Shown: piece after piece, positions 12,763 to 25,064 of the stretch | How positions within the stretch are numbered: position 1 is the first letter of the stretch | Layout: every line of letters starts with the position of its first letter | DNA from: Lama glama | Taxonomy: Eukaryota | Reading direction: 5' to 3' | DNA length: 64,000 nucleotides | NCBI GenBank assembly: GCA_028534125.1 | Contig: CM052816.1 | Location: 80,354,001 to 80,418,000 of the forward strand | Translations under genes and position numbers: made by a program | The notes under the pieces: generated by a model | Told to the model about the DNA's origin: nothing | Database searches by the model: none | Seen by the model: the letters and a program-made list of their open reading frames with translations, nothing else

Positions 12763-14107
12763 TAAAGAGTACTGTGAGAACTAAATTAATTAATATGTAT
12801 ATAATATAAATCTTAGAAGAATATTTAGTAAATTGTAGGCACTTAGTGAATATTGGCTGCTATTATTATTTTTTATGTCTCTAATATGCCAGGCACTGGA
12901 ATGTGCGGTTTATGATGTGGTTCATGTACCTTGTTCTCCCATCCGCTGCTCCCCATTTTTGTTGTTTTAGGGAATGAAGAAGCTTGGAGATGTTGAATTT
13001 CTTGACTGTGCTGTTAATTTGAGCCCAAATCTTTCAGGTGTTATGTGCTGCATCTTGAAATGTGACCAAGCTTATTTCTTAAAATTTAAACCTGTATTTA
13101 AAAAAAAAAAAGATCTCTTTGTTGCCGCTTGCTTCTGGCAGTTAACAGCAGTGACAGCCCCACTGGCAACTGCATGACAAACAATGCTTAGGAATTGCAC
13201 TGAGGTTTTTGTTGTGCTGCAGTCGGAGGCTGGCACCAGCACCGACCAAGTGTGCTTAGGGAGCGACTAGAGGCGGAGAGGGTCCGGAGTCCTGGGGGCA
13301 TTTATGGCAGAGCGTAGGGTGTCACCATGGCACCTGTGCCGGGCTGGTGTGCTGGGCAAACCCGCTGGTGGCATTTGCATTCCTACGGGAGACCCTGGTC
13401 CCAGATCCTCCCACCTTTACTGCCAGTTTGGTGAGAACCCTGCTCTTTGTAATTTAAAATTATATTTATCCAGTACCTGTCTTGGTTGCCTTGGCTAGAA
13501 TACTATGGGAAAATTAATGTAAAACATTGGACCTTAGTTTAAATGTACCAAGAAAGTCCAGTTTTCTGAAGGACCTCTGGGGTTGAATCACTTTGTACAA
13601 TAAGTGGAAAGTCTTGCTTTGCCTTTTTTTTTTGGTAAATCTAAATTTTCATATGTAGACATTTATCATTTTCCCCAATTGGATCATAAATGTCACAAAA
13701 TAAAAAATGATGCCCTATTCTTTTCTTCTTCTCCTGGGCCAAGTACCGTGCTCTGTTGTACTGGGGTATGTCTCCTGGCTCCATGGTCCTCTTTCTCTGG
13801 ACTTTGGGTTCACACCACATTTTCTCTTTGTCAGCCCTGCTCTCATTTCTCTGAGACAATCCTGGGAGCGTCAGTGGCACCTGATCCTCTACGACAAGGG
13901 TAACAGAACAAGGAGCCCTTGTTCTAGAAGGGCAGGCACACAAGAATGAAGTGATCCACAAGACACATATGCAAAGGCCACACTGGTCCAGAGAACACTG
14001 ATGTGGGAGTGCGCATATATTCATTAACCATTAACCATTCATAAACCGTTGCTGTGCTCATAAAATCCTAGGACGTTGGCATGCCATTGCCTTTCCGTGG
14101 CCTAGAG

Positions 14108-14511
14108 CAGTGTGGTCTGTGACCTCATAGAATCAGCATCACCTGGGAGCTCATTGAAAAGACAAATTTCTGGGCTCCACTGAGACCCAGTGCATCAGAA
14201 TTTCTGGCGGCAGGCAGAAACCTAGGTGAGTGTGTTTTCACAGCTTTATTGAGGCATACAGTTTACCCTCTTGAAGTGTCCAACTTTAAATATATTCATA
14301 AAGTTGTGCAGCCATCACCACTGTCAGTTTTAGAACATTCTCATTAGCCCCCAAAGAAACCCCTTAGGAGTCACTCTCCAATCCTCCCATCTCGCCTACT
14401 CCTTGGGAACAATGAATCTACTTTCCGTCTCTGTTATCTGCTTATTTGAAACTTCTGTTTCAATGAGCTCTTCAGGAGATTTTGGTGCTCATTGAAATTT
14501 GAGAAGCCCTG
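14108..14511. mobile_element. MER5A-type hAT MITE interrupted by an old L1 3' fragment (~14230-14450, minus)
   Basis: 'atcagcatcacctgggagctcattgaaaagacaaatttctgggctcc' resumes as '...ggagattttggtgctcattgaaatttgagaagccctg' after an L1M-type 3' end. Confidence 0.7.
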
Positions 14512-15063
14512 GGCTAGGGCAGTCATTCTTTTATAAAATTAAATTTTTTTTTATTGAAGTACATTTGATTTACAATGTTGTGTTAGTTTCTGGTGTATAG
14601 CAAAGTGATTCAGTTATATATATATGTATATGTATTTTCAGATTCTTTTCCATTATAGTTTATTGCAAGATACTGAATAAAGTTCCCTGTGCTTTACAGT
14701 AGGACCTTGTTATTTATCTGTTTTATATACAGTAGTTTGTATCTGCTAATCCCAGTCTCCTAATTTATCACTCCCTTCCCTTAACCCTTTGGTCACCCTA
14801 AGTATGATTTCTATGTCTTTGAATCTATTTCTTTTTTGTAAATAAGTTCATTTGCATTATATTTTAGATTCCACTTATTTAAGTGGATATCACATTATAT
14901 TTGTCTTTCTTTGTCTGACTTACTTCACTTAGTATGATAATCTCTTGGTCCATCCATGTTGCTACAAAGGGCATTATTTAGTTCTTTTTTATGGCTGAGT
15001 AGTATTGCGTTGTGCATGCGTGTGTGCACATGTACACGCATGTGTATAAATATACCACAACTT

Positions 15064-17127
15064 TTTTAAAAACATTTTTTATTGATTTATAATCATTTTA
15101 CAATGTGTCAAATTCCAGTGTAGAGCACAATTTTTCAGTTATACATGAACATATATATATTCATTGTCATTTTTTTTCTCTGTGAGCTACCATAAGATCT
15201 TGAATATATTGTAAATATTTCCCTCTGCTATACAGTATAATCTTGTTTATCTGTTCTACATTTTGAAATCCCAGTGTATCCCTTCCCATCCCCTGCCCTC
15301 TTGGCAACCACAAGTTTGTATTCTATGTCTATGAGTCTGTTTCTGTTTTGTATTTATGTTTTGTTTGTTTGTTTGTTTGTTTGTTTTAGATTCCACATAT
15401 GAGTGATCTCATATGGTATTTTTCTTTCTCTTTCTGGCTTACTTAGAATGACATTCTCCAGGAACATCCATGTTGCTGCAAATGGCGTTGTGTTGTTGGT
15501 TTTTATGGCTGAATAGTATTCCATTGTACAAATATACCACATCTTTATTCAGTCATCTGTTGATGGACATTTAGACTGTTTCCATGTTTTAGCTATTGTA
15601 AATAATGCTGCTATGAATGTTGGGGTGCATGTGTCATTTTGAAGTAGGGTTCCTTCTGGATATATGCCCAGGAGTGGGATTCCTGGGTCATACGGTAAGT
15701 CTATTCCTAGTCTTTTGAGGAATCTCCATACTGTTTTCCACAGTGGCTGCACCAAACTGCATTCCCACCAGCAGTGAAGGAGGGTTCCCTTTTCTCCACA
15801 GCCTCTCCAGCATTTGTCATTTGTGGGTTTTTGAATGGTGGCCATTCTGACTGGTGTGAGGTGATACCTCATTGTAGTTTTGATTTGCATTTCTCTGATA
15901 ATTAGTGATATTGAACATTTTTTCATATGCCTATTGATCATTTGTATGTCTTCCTTGGAGAATTGCTTGTTTAGGTCTTCTGCCCATTTTTGGATTGGGT
16001 TGTTTGTTTTTTCTTATTAAGTCATATGAGCTGCTTATATATTCTGGAGATCAAGCGTTTGTCGGTTTCATTTGCAAAAATTTTNNNNNNNNNNNNNNNN
16101 NNNNNNNNNNNNNNNNNNNNNNNNNNNNNNNNNNNNNNNNNNNNNNNNNNNNNNNNNNNNNNNNNNNNNNNNNNNNNNNNNNNNNNNNNNNNNNNNNNNN
16201 NNNNNNNNNNNNNNNNNNNNNNNNNNNNNNNNNNNNNNNNNNNNNNNNNNNNNNNNNNNNNNNNNNNNNNNNNNNNNNNNNNNNNNNNNNNNNNNNNNNN
16301 NNNNNNNNNNNNNNNNNNNNNNNNNNNNNNNNNNNNNNNNNNNNNNNNNNNNNNNNNNNNNNNNNNNNNNNNNNNNNNNNNNNNNNNNNNNNNNNNNNNN
16401 NNNNNNNNNNNNNNNNNNNNNNNNNNNNNNNNNNNNNNNNNNNNNNNNNNNNNNNNNNNNNNNNNNNNNNNNNNNNNNNNNNNNNNNNNNNNNNNNNNNN
16501 NNNNNNNNNNNNNNNNNNNNNNNNNNNNNNNNNNNNNNNNNNNNNNNNNNNNNNNNNNNNNNNNNNNNNNNNNNNNNNNNNNNNTCTGTAGGTTGTCTTT
16601 TTGTTTTACTTACGGTTTCCTTTGCTGTGCAGAAGCTTGTAAATTTCATTAGGTCCCATTTGTTTATTCTTGCTTTTATTTCTATTGCTTGAGTAGACTG
16701 TTCTAGGATAACATTTTTGAGTTGTATGTGAGATAATGTTTTGCCTATATTTTTTCTAGGAGGTTTATTGTATCTTGTCTTGTATTTAAGTCTTTGATCC
16801 ATTTTGAGTTGATTTTTGTGTATGGTGTTAAGGAGTGTTCTAGCTTCACTGATTTACATGCTGCTGTCCAGTTTTCCCAACACCATTTGCTGAAGAGACT
16901 GTCTTTTTTCCATTGTATATTCTTGCCTCCTTTGTCGAAGACTAGTTGACCAAAAGTTTGTGGGTTCGTTTCTGGACTCTCTATTCTGTTCCATTGGTCT
17001 ATATGGCTGTTTTTGTACCAATACCATGCTGTCTTGATTACTGTAGCTGTATAGTATTGTCCGAAGTCTGGGAGAGTTATTCCTCCAGCCTCTTTCTTTT
17101 TCTTCAGTAATGCTTTGGCAATTCTAG

Positions 17128-17128
<1 letters not shown>
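15064..17128 (-). mobile_element. Younger 5'-truncated LINE-1 nested in the older L1
   Basis: Near-intact ORF2 C-terminal peptides (15549-15941; 16745-17128), its own 3' end, and a flanking direct repeat tgtgtataaatataccacaactt at 15041-15063 and 17163-17185. Confidence 0.93.
16085..16584. other. Assembly gap (500 N)
   Basis: Exactly 500 N inside the young L1. Confidence 1.

Positions 17129-17129
<1 letters not shown>

Positions 17130-17167
<38 letters not shown>
17130..17167. repeat. (GT)n microsatellite
   Basis: Pure GT run of about 19 units. Confidence 0.95.
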
Positions 17168-17170
<3 letters not shown>

Positions 17171-17355
17171 AATATACCACAACTTCTTTATCCATTCATC
17201 TGTTGATGGACATTTAGGTTGCTTCTATGTCTTGGCTATTGTAAATAGTGCTGCTATGAACATGGGGTGCATGTATCTTTTGGAATTAGAGTTTTCTCAG
17301 ATACATGTAGGGCATCGTCTTTAACCCTGGCTAAACATTAGGATCAACTAAGGAG

Positions 17356-17516
17356 GGTTTTTTTTTTTTTAAATCGAAGTGTAGTTGATTTACAATATTG
17401 TGTTAGTTTCAGGTGTATGGCAAAGTGGTTCAGTTATACGTATGTATATTTTTTCAGATTATTTTCCATTATAGGTTATTACAAGATATTGAATACAGTT
17501 CCCTGTGGTATACAGT
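17356..17516 (-). mobile_element. Short L1 3' end with TSD, inserted in a MER5-type element
   Basis: Poly-T followed by the L1 3' terminus; direct repeat aactaaggag at 17346-17355 and 17517-17526. Confidence 0.85.
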
Positions 17517-17648
17517 AACTAAGGAGCTTTTTAAATTATCTATATCCCAACCCCACCTTTGCTTTAACTGGAGGGTGGAGCCCAGACATCAGTATTTTTC
17601 AAAGCTCCCTAGGAGACTGTGATGTGCAGTAGGTGTTGCCAACTGCTG
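17517..17648. mobile_element. Distal part of a MER5B-like hAT MITE (begins ~14520, split by L1s)
   Basis: 'ggagcccagacatcagtatttttcaaagctccctaggagactgtgatgtgcag...aactgctg'. Confidence 0.65.
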
Positions 17649-19319
17649 GGTTAGTGTGAGTGGGTATTAATTAGCAGTATGAGCCAGCGCTGCTCTGAAG
17701 TAGCAGCTCTCCTTGGGTGATTCCAGCATGAACCACTGCTCTCAATTGCTCCCTAATTCATCTTATTTTCTCTAAGGGAAACTGCATACAGTTTAGCATC
17801 ATTCCAGGCTTGGCGCAGACTACTTTGCAATTTCTAACGGCCCCAGGGAACTGTGAGAACCACCATGTGGGCATTTTCAGAGTCAGATTTCAGAGTCACG
17901 CTAAGCGCAGGAGCACAGAGAAGCAAATGTGAGCTGATAGACTTATGTGGTCGCCAAGATGATAGGAAATTTTTCGATCCAAATCATTGAATGCTTTTTC
18001 CAGAAGAGCCAACCCACTGGGAGATTATTTTGGAGCCTTTCACACATAATTGTACAATTAATGGATGGTTATGAAAAAGGCACCAAAAGCCAAACGAGTT
18101 TCTATTCAGCAACTCTCACCTGGAGTGGTTCTAGTTGAAAGGCAGTGGTTGGCCTGGTGTCTGATTTCTTCTGCTGGATATTTACTTTCCTTTTCACCCA
18201 GGGATGACCCTACACTCAGATTCACAGGATGGCAGGCTTATGATGTACCGGCTTTAAGTCTCTCACTGCTCGTGGGGACCAAGGGAGCATTTGGGAAAGC
18301 TTTCTGAGGCAGGAAACCCTCTTATGTGGAGCAGGACATCTGCTTCTCATTCCCATGGCTCAAGGTTGGCTTATTCTTGGCTTTAGATGTGGTCGTCCTA
18401 ATGTTGGAGGCTGTGTTCTCTCGGAGTTGTCTGTAACTTGAGGTTCGTTTAGTTTCCCGTGGAGAAAACTCAGATGGTTGAAAACTGAAGACCTGAGAAA
18501 GGTTACCTGTGCCAGACAAGGGGTGATGTCCTTCCTCCAGGTAACATCCCCTCACCCGACTCTGGTGTCCATCCCCCTGGAGTCCACTTTCAGACACAGT
18601 TAGCCCCTGTCCCCACCTCATCAACATCCTCTCTGTCATCACCACCGTTTTCATCATCTTTTCCCCTCAGCACTTTTATAATTTTGAAGTTACAGAGTAG
18701 TTGCATTTGAAGAGTTGAGTTGATTTGTTTCATTCTATGTTCTTTGTTGGAGAAACTGTATTCTTTAATCCTTTCGACTAGCGGTTCGTCCTCAGCGGGA
18801 GTTACCACCTGTGAGAATGCCAGTGGGGTAGTTTTGGATTTGTTGTTGCCCCGAGCCCTCCGGGATTTGTTGCAGGTTGGTTGGTTGTTAGTGTTTCAGT
18901 TCTGATTTCTGGACTGAGAGGAGAGTACAAAGTGTTAGACTCCACACTTATACATGATACAGGATTGGGGTTCTGCCTCTTCGTGGGGTACCCCACTTCC
19001 ATCAAGGGCTTGGGCTAGGCACCCACTGTCTGGACTGTATACTTGAGTCAGTAAGCAGGTATTTAACATTTTTGTTTGCAGTCAGGCACAGGCTTTCTCA
19101 GCTCAGGCTTTATTAAAGTGAATACAGTTCTTGGCTCTATCCTAAACCCTAGCCTCAATCCCAGCCCCTGCTGGGGAGTGATATTGGACCCCTCATTTGA
19201 ATAGTAGAGTAATTCAGCTTCAGTTCCCACTCAGCTCTCTTTCCCCTTGCCTTTGAGCATATGAAATTTCCTTTCTTGTTTTGAACTCAACTGTGGATTA
19301 AAATTGTGAAAAGGTATTA

Positions 19320-20070
19320 TTTTTAGTTTTTTTTTAAAGTTATCTTTTAGTTTTGAGGTCGTAGATTCATGTGCAGTTGTAAGGACCAATATGGAGAGGT
19401 CCCATGTGCCCTTACCCCACTTTCTCCACAGTGGTAACTTCTTGAAAAATTACTGTACAATATCATAGCCAGGACTCTGACACGGATACAGTCAAGATGC
19501 CCAACATAACCATCACAGCAATTACTCATGTCCTTTCAGCCACACTCATTTCCTCCATCCCCTCCTTACGTTTACATTTTATATTTAAGTTCATGATCCA
19601 TTTTGAGTTGAGTTTTGTATAAAGTGTGAGACTTAGGTTCAAGTTCATTTCCTTCCTTCCTTCCCCCTATGGATGTCTAACTGCTCCAGCACCATTTTAA
19701 AAAACAGCTACCTTCCCTCCACTGAACTGCTTCTTCAGCTGTCAAAAATCAGTTAGCCATGTTTTTGTGAGCCCATTTCTGAGTTTTACGTTTTCTGCCA
19801 CCAACTGAGTCTTCATTACTATAGCTTCATTATTGTCAAGCTTTATACGTAGTATAGAAATCAGGTAGACTGAGTCCTTCCATTTTATTCTCCTTTTCCA
19901 GAATTGTTTTAGTAATTCTAGTTCCTTTTCCTTTCCATATAAATTTTTAGAATAATCTGACTACAAAAAACTTCCTAGGATTTTGGTAGGGCTTATGTTA
20001 AGCCTATATATTGATTTGGGGAAATTGACATTTGCTATGTTTAATCTTTAAATCCACGAACAAGATAGAT
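19320..20070 (-). mobile_element. Ancient L1 (L1M-type) 3' UTR and ORF2 fragments
   Basis: 'atgatccattttgagttgagttttgtataaagtgtgag', 'ctccagcaccatttt', 'tttccatataaattttagaat'-like motifs. Confidence 0.7.
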
Positions 20071-20999
20071 CTCTTCCAGTTCTGCCCATGAGACCTATCT
20101 AGGTTGACTGGTGGGACTCAGAGTTCCATGGTGCGTGGTCCTCTTTCTCAAGGTGAGCATTATATAGTCTTCTTGGGAGGAATTCTAAATCCCACTCTGA
20201 TGGCACTTGTCGCAGGAAATCTTCCAGCCCGTTACACTTACAGTATCACCCACTGGATGAGCCGTCCTCGTGGGCCAGCAGACCCACCCCACCCATAGGT
20301 AGTTAGTGTGAGAAGAGAATGAGGCTCTTAAATAGACCCCAATAATTGCCTTTTTCCCCCTTCTCTGGGTTGGAAAATATATCTGGGGGAAAAAAATAGT
20401 GAAACTGTTCTTCCAAGTTTGTTCCCTTGGTTTGTTTGTTCATATCTACTCTTGAAATTTTCTGTTTTGGAGAGCTTTTAGATTCTAAATTGGTCTGGTT
20501 GAATGATAGCAGTTTCTTCTCTGCTGAGCCACACTGTCTCCCCCATTACGGAAAGATGGGGAGGTTGGTAGAATGACCACGTTTTACTCATAGGTGATAT
20601 TTGTCTTATCAATTCAGGCATGTTTGGAGTTGTGTGCTCTGGTGTAACCTGTTTCTCTGCCTTCGTGGTATGCTCTATGATTTCTTTTCAGTCTGCAGAG
20701 TATAGTGTCCTTTTAATTCAACTCCCTTTTTGTAGGCTTTTAACTGTGCAGCCTGTCTGGAAAGTTGTGACAGTAACCTTTTTAGTTTTAGTGATTGCCC
20801 CTTAACCCTCACATGCCCTTTGCAAACTATTCTTATACAAAAATGTGGATGAATACATTAATTACCCCTGCTTACCTCACACCGTTCTTGTGGATCACAG
20901 CTTCCAAACGCTTTGGAAAAGTTCTCTGGCTCTCTTGTTGGCTTGGTGTGAGTTGCTCGATATCTTTACCCACATTGTTGGGACAGCTCATTAAACTGC

Positions 21000-22610
21000 T
21001 CTTGTACAGCCAGTAATGAACTTCCTGTTGCCAGTGGGTGCCTCTCTGTTTTCGTCATACTTGATGTCTTAGCACCATTTGACACAATTACTGCTCTTTC
21101 TAGGTGTATTTTTCTCTTGGCTTAAGTGACACCACATTATGATGGGTTTTCTCCTACCTATCATGGTGATAGTTCTGTCTCAGTATCCTTTGCCACTTTC
21201 CGTATCTTTAATTAAGAGTGTACTGGGGCTTTGTCTGGGGACCCCTCTTCTCTACACACTCTCATTAGGTGATCTTAACCAGTCCTAGATGCTGTCACTT
21301 ATCTGTCAGTTAGTCTGTCCATCCATCCATCCATCCATCTAGCTATTATTATATCTATCAACCTAACCATCTACCTGTCTATTCGTCATCATCTGTATCA
21401 TCTATCTCTATCTCTGAATATGTATGAGTATGTGAATAACTCCTAAATGTGTATATCTGACTCTGACATTTCCTTGGAACTTCAGCTGTCTGTTTGCCAT
21501 TTCCACATTATGCCTAATAGGAATCTCAAATTTTAAGACGTTCAAAGCAACACTCTCCAGTGCCTCCTCCCACGATCTTCCCCTTTGCTGTCCACGGTAA
21601 CGCCATTCTTCCTGTTGCCCAGATCAAACCCGTGGAATTATCCTGTCCTTGACTCCTCTCTTTCTGTCATACTCTGTACTGTTCTTATCAGCATATCTTG
21701 TCTGCTCTGTCTTCGAAACATGTTCGGAATCTACCAGTCTTGTCACTTCCACAGCTAACACCCTGGTCCAGAAATTCTCAGCAGGGATAGTTGTGTCCTC
21801 CAAGGGACACTTGGCAATGTCTGGAGACGTTTTTGGTTGTCACCACTGGGGGATGGGGGTTGCTTCTGGCATTTAGTGAGGCCAGGGATGCTGCTAAACT
21901 CCCTGTAATGCACAGGACAGCCCCACAACCAAGGATTATATGGTCTGAAATGTCAACACTTATGAGGTTGAGAAACCCTGCCCTAGTCCTAGTCCTAGTC
22001 ACCATCGTCTCTCCTCTGGACCATTGACCTCCCAAGTGATTCCTCTGCTTCCTCTTGTAATGTCCCTCAAACCATTACTCACAGAGTGGCCAGACTAGAC
22101 TTCTAAACACATTTATCAAGCACTGCGCTCTTCTGCTTAAACTCTTCTCCTGGTTTCCCATCACAATAGGAGAAAATCCAAATGCCTTGTCCTGCTTTCC
22201 AAGGCTCCCTCTGCTCTGGTCACTGCCCCCCACCCAGTCCTCCTCTCCCATCACGTTGCCCTCCCGCATAGTACTCCAGCCACACTGACCTCTCTGTTTT
22301 TCAAGCACACTCTGGCCGTATCATCTTTGTGTGGACAGTTTCCTCTGCCTAAAACATCCTTCCCTAAGATTTCTACATAGCTGCTTCTTCTCGTCTTTCA
22401 GATCCCAGCGCAGGCTCTTCCCTGACCACACTGTCTAGACTCCTCAAGTATTCTACCCCATTGCCTAGTTTATTATTTTTTTAAAACCTACGGTACCTGA
22501 CGGTTTCTTTTCTTTTTGGCTTAACTTTTCTTTCCCTCACCCTGGCTTGTTCACGCATGTTAAGCTGTGTTCCATAATAAACACTTAGTAAATACTGGTT
22601 AAATGGATAA
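21000..22610 (+). mobile_element. LINE-2 remnant, interrupted by (TCCA)n/(TCTA)n repeats and MER20
   Basis: Pyrimidine-rich L2 motifs ('ccttgactcctctctttct', 'tctgcttaaactcttctcctggtttccca', 'ctccagccacactgacct') ending in an L2-like tail 'cacttagtaaatactggttaaatggataa'. Confidence 0.7.
21769..21980. mobile_element. MER20 hAT MITE with 8-bp TSD
   Basis: 'gggacacttggcaatgtctggagacgtttttggttgtcac...gaggccagggatgctgctaaac...gcacaggacagcccc...gaggttgagaaaccctg'; TSD ccctggtc/ccctagtc (21761-21768, 21981-21988). Confidence 0.9.
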
Positions 22611-24438
22611 ACGTGTTTATTTCGGTATTTAGCTCCAACTGCTCCAAGTTTCTGTAGACCCTCCCAGCCTGTGGCTTCACAATGAGATCGTATTTCCTCA
22701 ATTACCCAAGCAATGGCTTGAATGCCATCTATTGACTTGCAGAATGCAGTCTGCTTAAGTGGTCCCTGAGCGACTTCCAGTGGGCTCCAGGGCGCTGGCT
22801 CCCCATCATGGCCCTGTGACTTTGCCTCTGCTACAAGGCCCTCCTGGGTCCATCATTCTACAAACCGGGTGACTGCCACCATCATGTTGATTTTGGCAAG
22901 AGGATGCTGCAGTCAGCTTTGCTGTTCTCTTCTGTCTCATCCAGGCCTTTCCTTAGTTCTGCAAAACACATCAGAGGCCAAACTGTAATTTTCAGCAAGA
23001 TTTCTTGGAAGGTTTGCATCTAAAAGGAAGGGAAGTTCGACACAAATAATAGCCTGAAACTTCTACTCCCCTGGGTTGTGCTTCGAGCCTAAGGGGATCT
23101 TCAAGAGAATCTCTAACAAGCACCTGGCCTTTTGCTGTGTAGCAGGAATTACCCTACAGCAATCTCTATGCTAAGAGATGCACTGAAACATATTTCCCTT
23201 TTGGGGCCTGGGCCTAATCCGGAGACCTCTGAGTAAGGAGGAAAATTTCCCCACCCCAGCCTCAGGCCAAGCTTTGCTTCTAGTTCTTCTTTCCAGGAGT
23301 TTCTTTCAAGGAAGTTTCTTTCTTGCTTCAGGAAAATCCCCAACCTTAGGCTGCTGGGTCCCACCAGGCAGTTTGTGCATTACAAACCCTGCACAGGGAC
23401 CCCATCAAGGGGACCAGTGGGGGCTGAAATCCAGCTCCAGCTCTGCCAGCCCAACCAAGTTCCTGGCTCTGGGAGGAAACGGGATCTTTTTATAACCTCT
23501 TTGCCCAAATTGGAGCATCTTTTTGTAACGTGTCTGCTTAGATGGAGTGCCTTCTAAATTCATTTGTTCTGCAGGGGCACCCTTTAAAATTTCATCCGCC
23601 TCCCCTGCAATTGCCCCTCCTTGCAATTTGCACAAACGTGTGCTCCTGAAGTAGCCCCAGAGCCCCCTTCCCACAGGAGGTGGCCTGGCTCTGTGGCCCT
23701 CAGGTGACAATCACATGAGAACACAGTGATCCATCGTCAGTGTGTTTCCGAAAGCCTGAGGTAGTCAGCACCAAATAACAGTGTGGAGAGGTCAGCGGGT
23801 GGAGGGTGGTGCATTCATGACAGATCTTTTCCATTGAGCTGTATGTAGCAAGTCCAGACCTAATCCTTCTCCCAATCTCCCCTTTGATTCAAAGTGGAGA
23901 GCAAGTCTGTTCTATTTCCTGAAACTCTTGGGGTCTTTGCTTCTGATCTACAGTGAACAGCTACTTGAGCTGGAACACAACGGAGAGGGAGTCAAGAAGA
24001 GACAACTGCATGAGGCTCAGTTCCTATAAATGTGTAGAGAAAACACATTTCTCCCATATGAACACCCCAAACTGCCGTGCAATGTTGCTGCTGAAATATA
24101 CACGGAATAGCCATGTTTGAAGACATCCTTTTTCCTTCTTTGTTTAGCCATCTCCACACTCAGGTGAAGACAATTTACTTTTTGTCATCAGAACAAATAG
24201 AAAGGTATAATCTGAAAATAAATTTAATCTTTGGATGCAGGATTGTATAAACTTTGGAATGGTTTCCACCTTGTAAACAGTAAAGTATCAGTTTTTGCTA
24301 GAACATACTGTTACAATCATTTTAACTCTTCAAACTTTGTTAGGTTCTAATTTCCAAACATGCAGGAATTAAGTGTTCTCTGTGTTTTGCTATGTGAATG
24401 CTACAAATGAGATTAGTGACATTTAAAAATCTCTGCTA

Positions 24439-24687
24439 CCCCAATGTTCATAGCAGCACTATTTACAATAGCCAAGACATAGAAACAATCTAAATGACGA
24501 TGCATCGACAGATGACTGGATAAGGAAGTTGTGGTATATTTATACAATGGAATACTACTCAGCCATAAAAAAGAATAAAATAATGCCATTTGCAGCAACA
24601 TGGATGGACCTGGAGATCGTCATTCTAAGTGAAGTAAGCCAGAAAGAGAAAGAAAATACCATATGATATCACTCATATGTGGAATCT

Positions 24688-24732
<45 letters not shown>

Positions 24733-25064
24733 TGAACTCATTTACAAAACTGAAACAGACTCACAGACCTAGAGGACAAACTTGTGGTTACCAGGGGGAA
24801 AGGGGATGAGAAGGGATAAATTGAGAGTTTGAGATTTGCAGATACTAACTACTATATATAAAATAGATTAAACAACAAGCTTATACTGTACAGCACAGAG
24901 AACTATATTCAGTATCTTGTAGTAACCTATAATAAAAAGAATATGCAGATGCATATATGCATATATATGACTGAACTATTATGATGTATACCAGAAATTG
25001 ATACAACCTTGTAAACTGACTATACTTCAATTAAAAAATTTTTTTTCTTTAAAAAAGTTAAAAA
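24439..25064 (+). mobile_element. 5'-truncated LINE-1 (sense orientation) with 14-bp TSD and internal (AC)n
   Basis: TSD aaaaatctctgcta at 24425-24438 and 25065-25078, at a canonical TT/AAAA endonuclease site; (AC)~20 at 24690-24730. Confidence 0.95.

Larger units (their letters stand above)
14528..17306 (-). mobile_element. Older L1 3' fragment (host), split by a younger L1
   Basis: L1 3' UTR at 14545-15063 continues collinearly at 17186-17306 ('ctttatccattcatctgttgatggacatttagg'). Confidence 0.85.

Noticed and set aside
15990..16802. Four ~200-aa ORFs
   Set aside because: Artefacts of translating the 500-N gap.
18700..18960. Mildly CpG-rich stretch with short overlapping ORFs (possible retrocopy or NUMT)
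   Set aside because: No recognisable protein similarity, poly-A or TSD. I cannot support it without a BLAST search.
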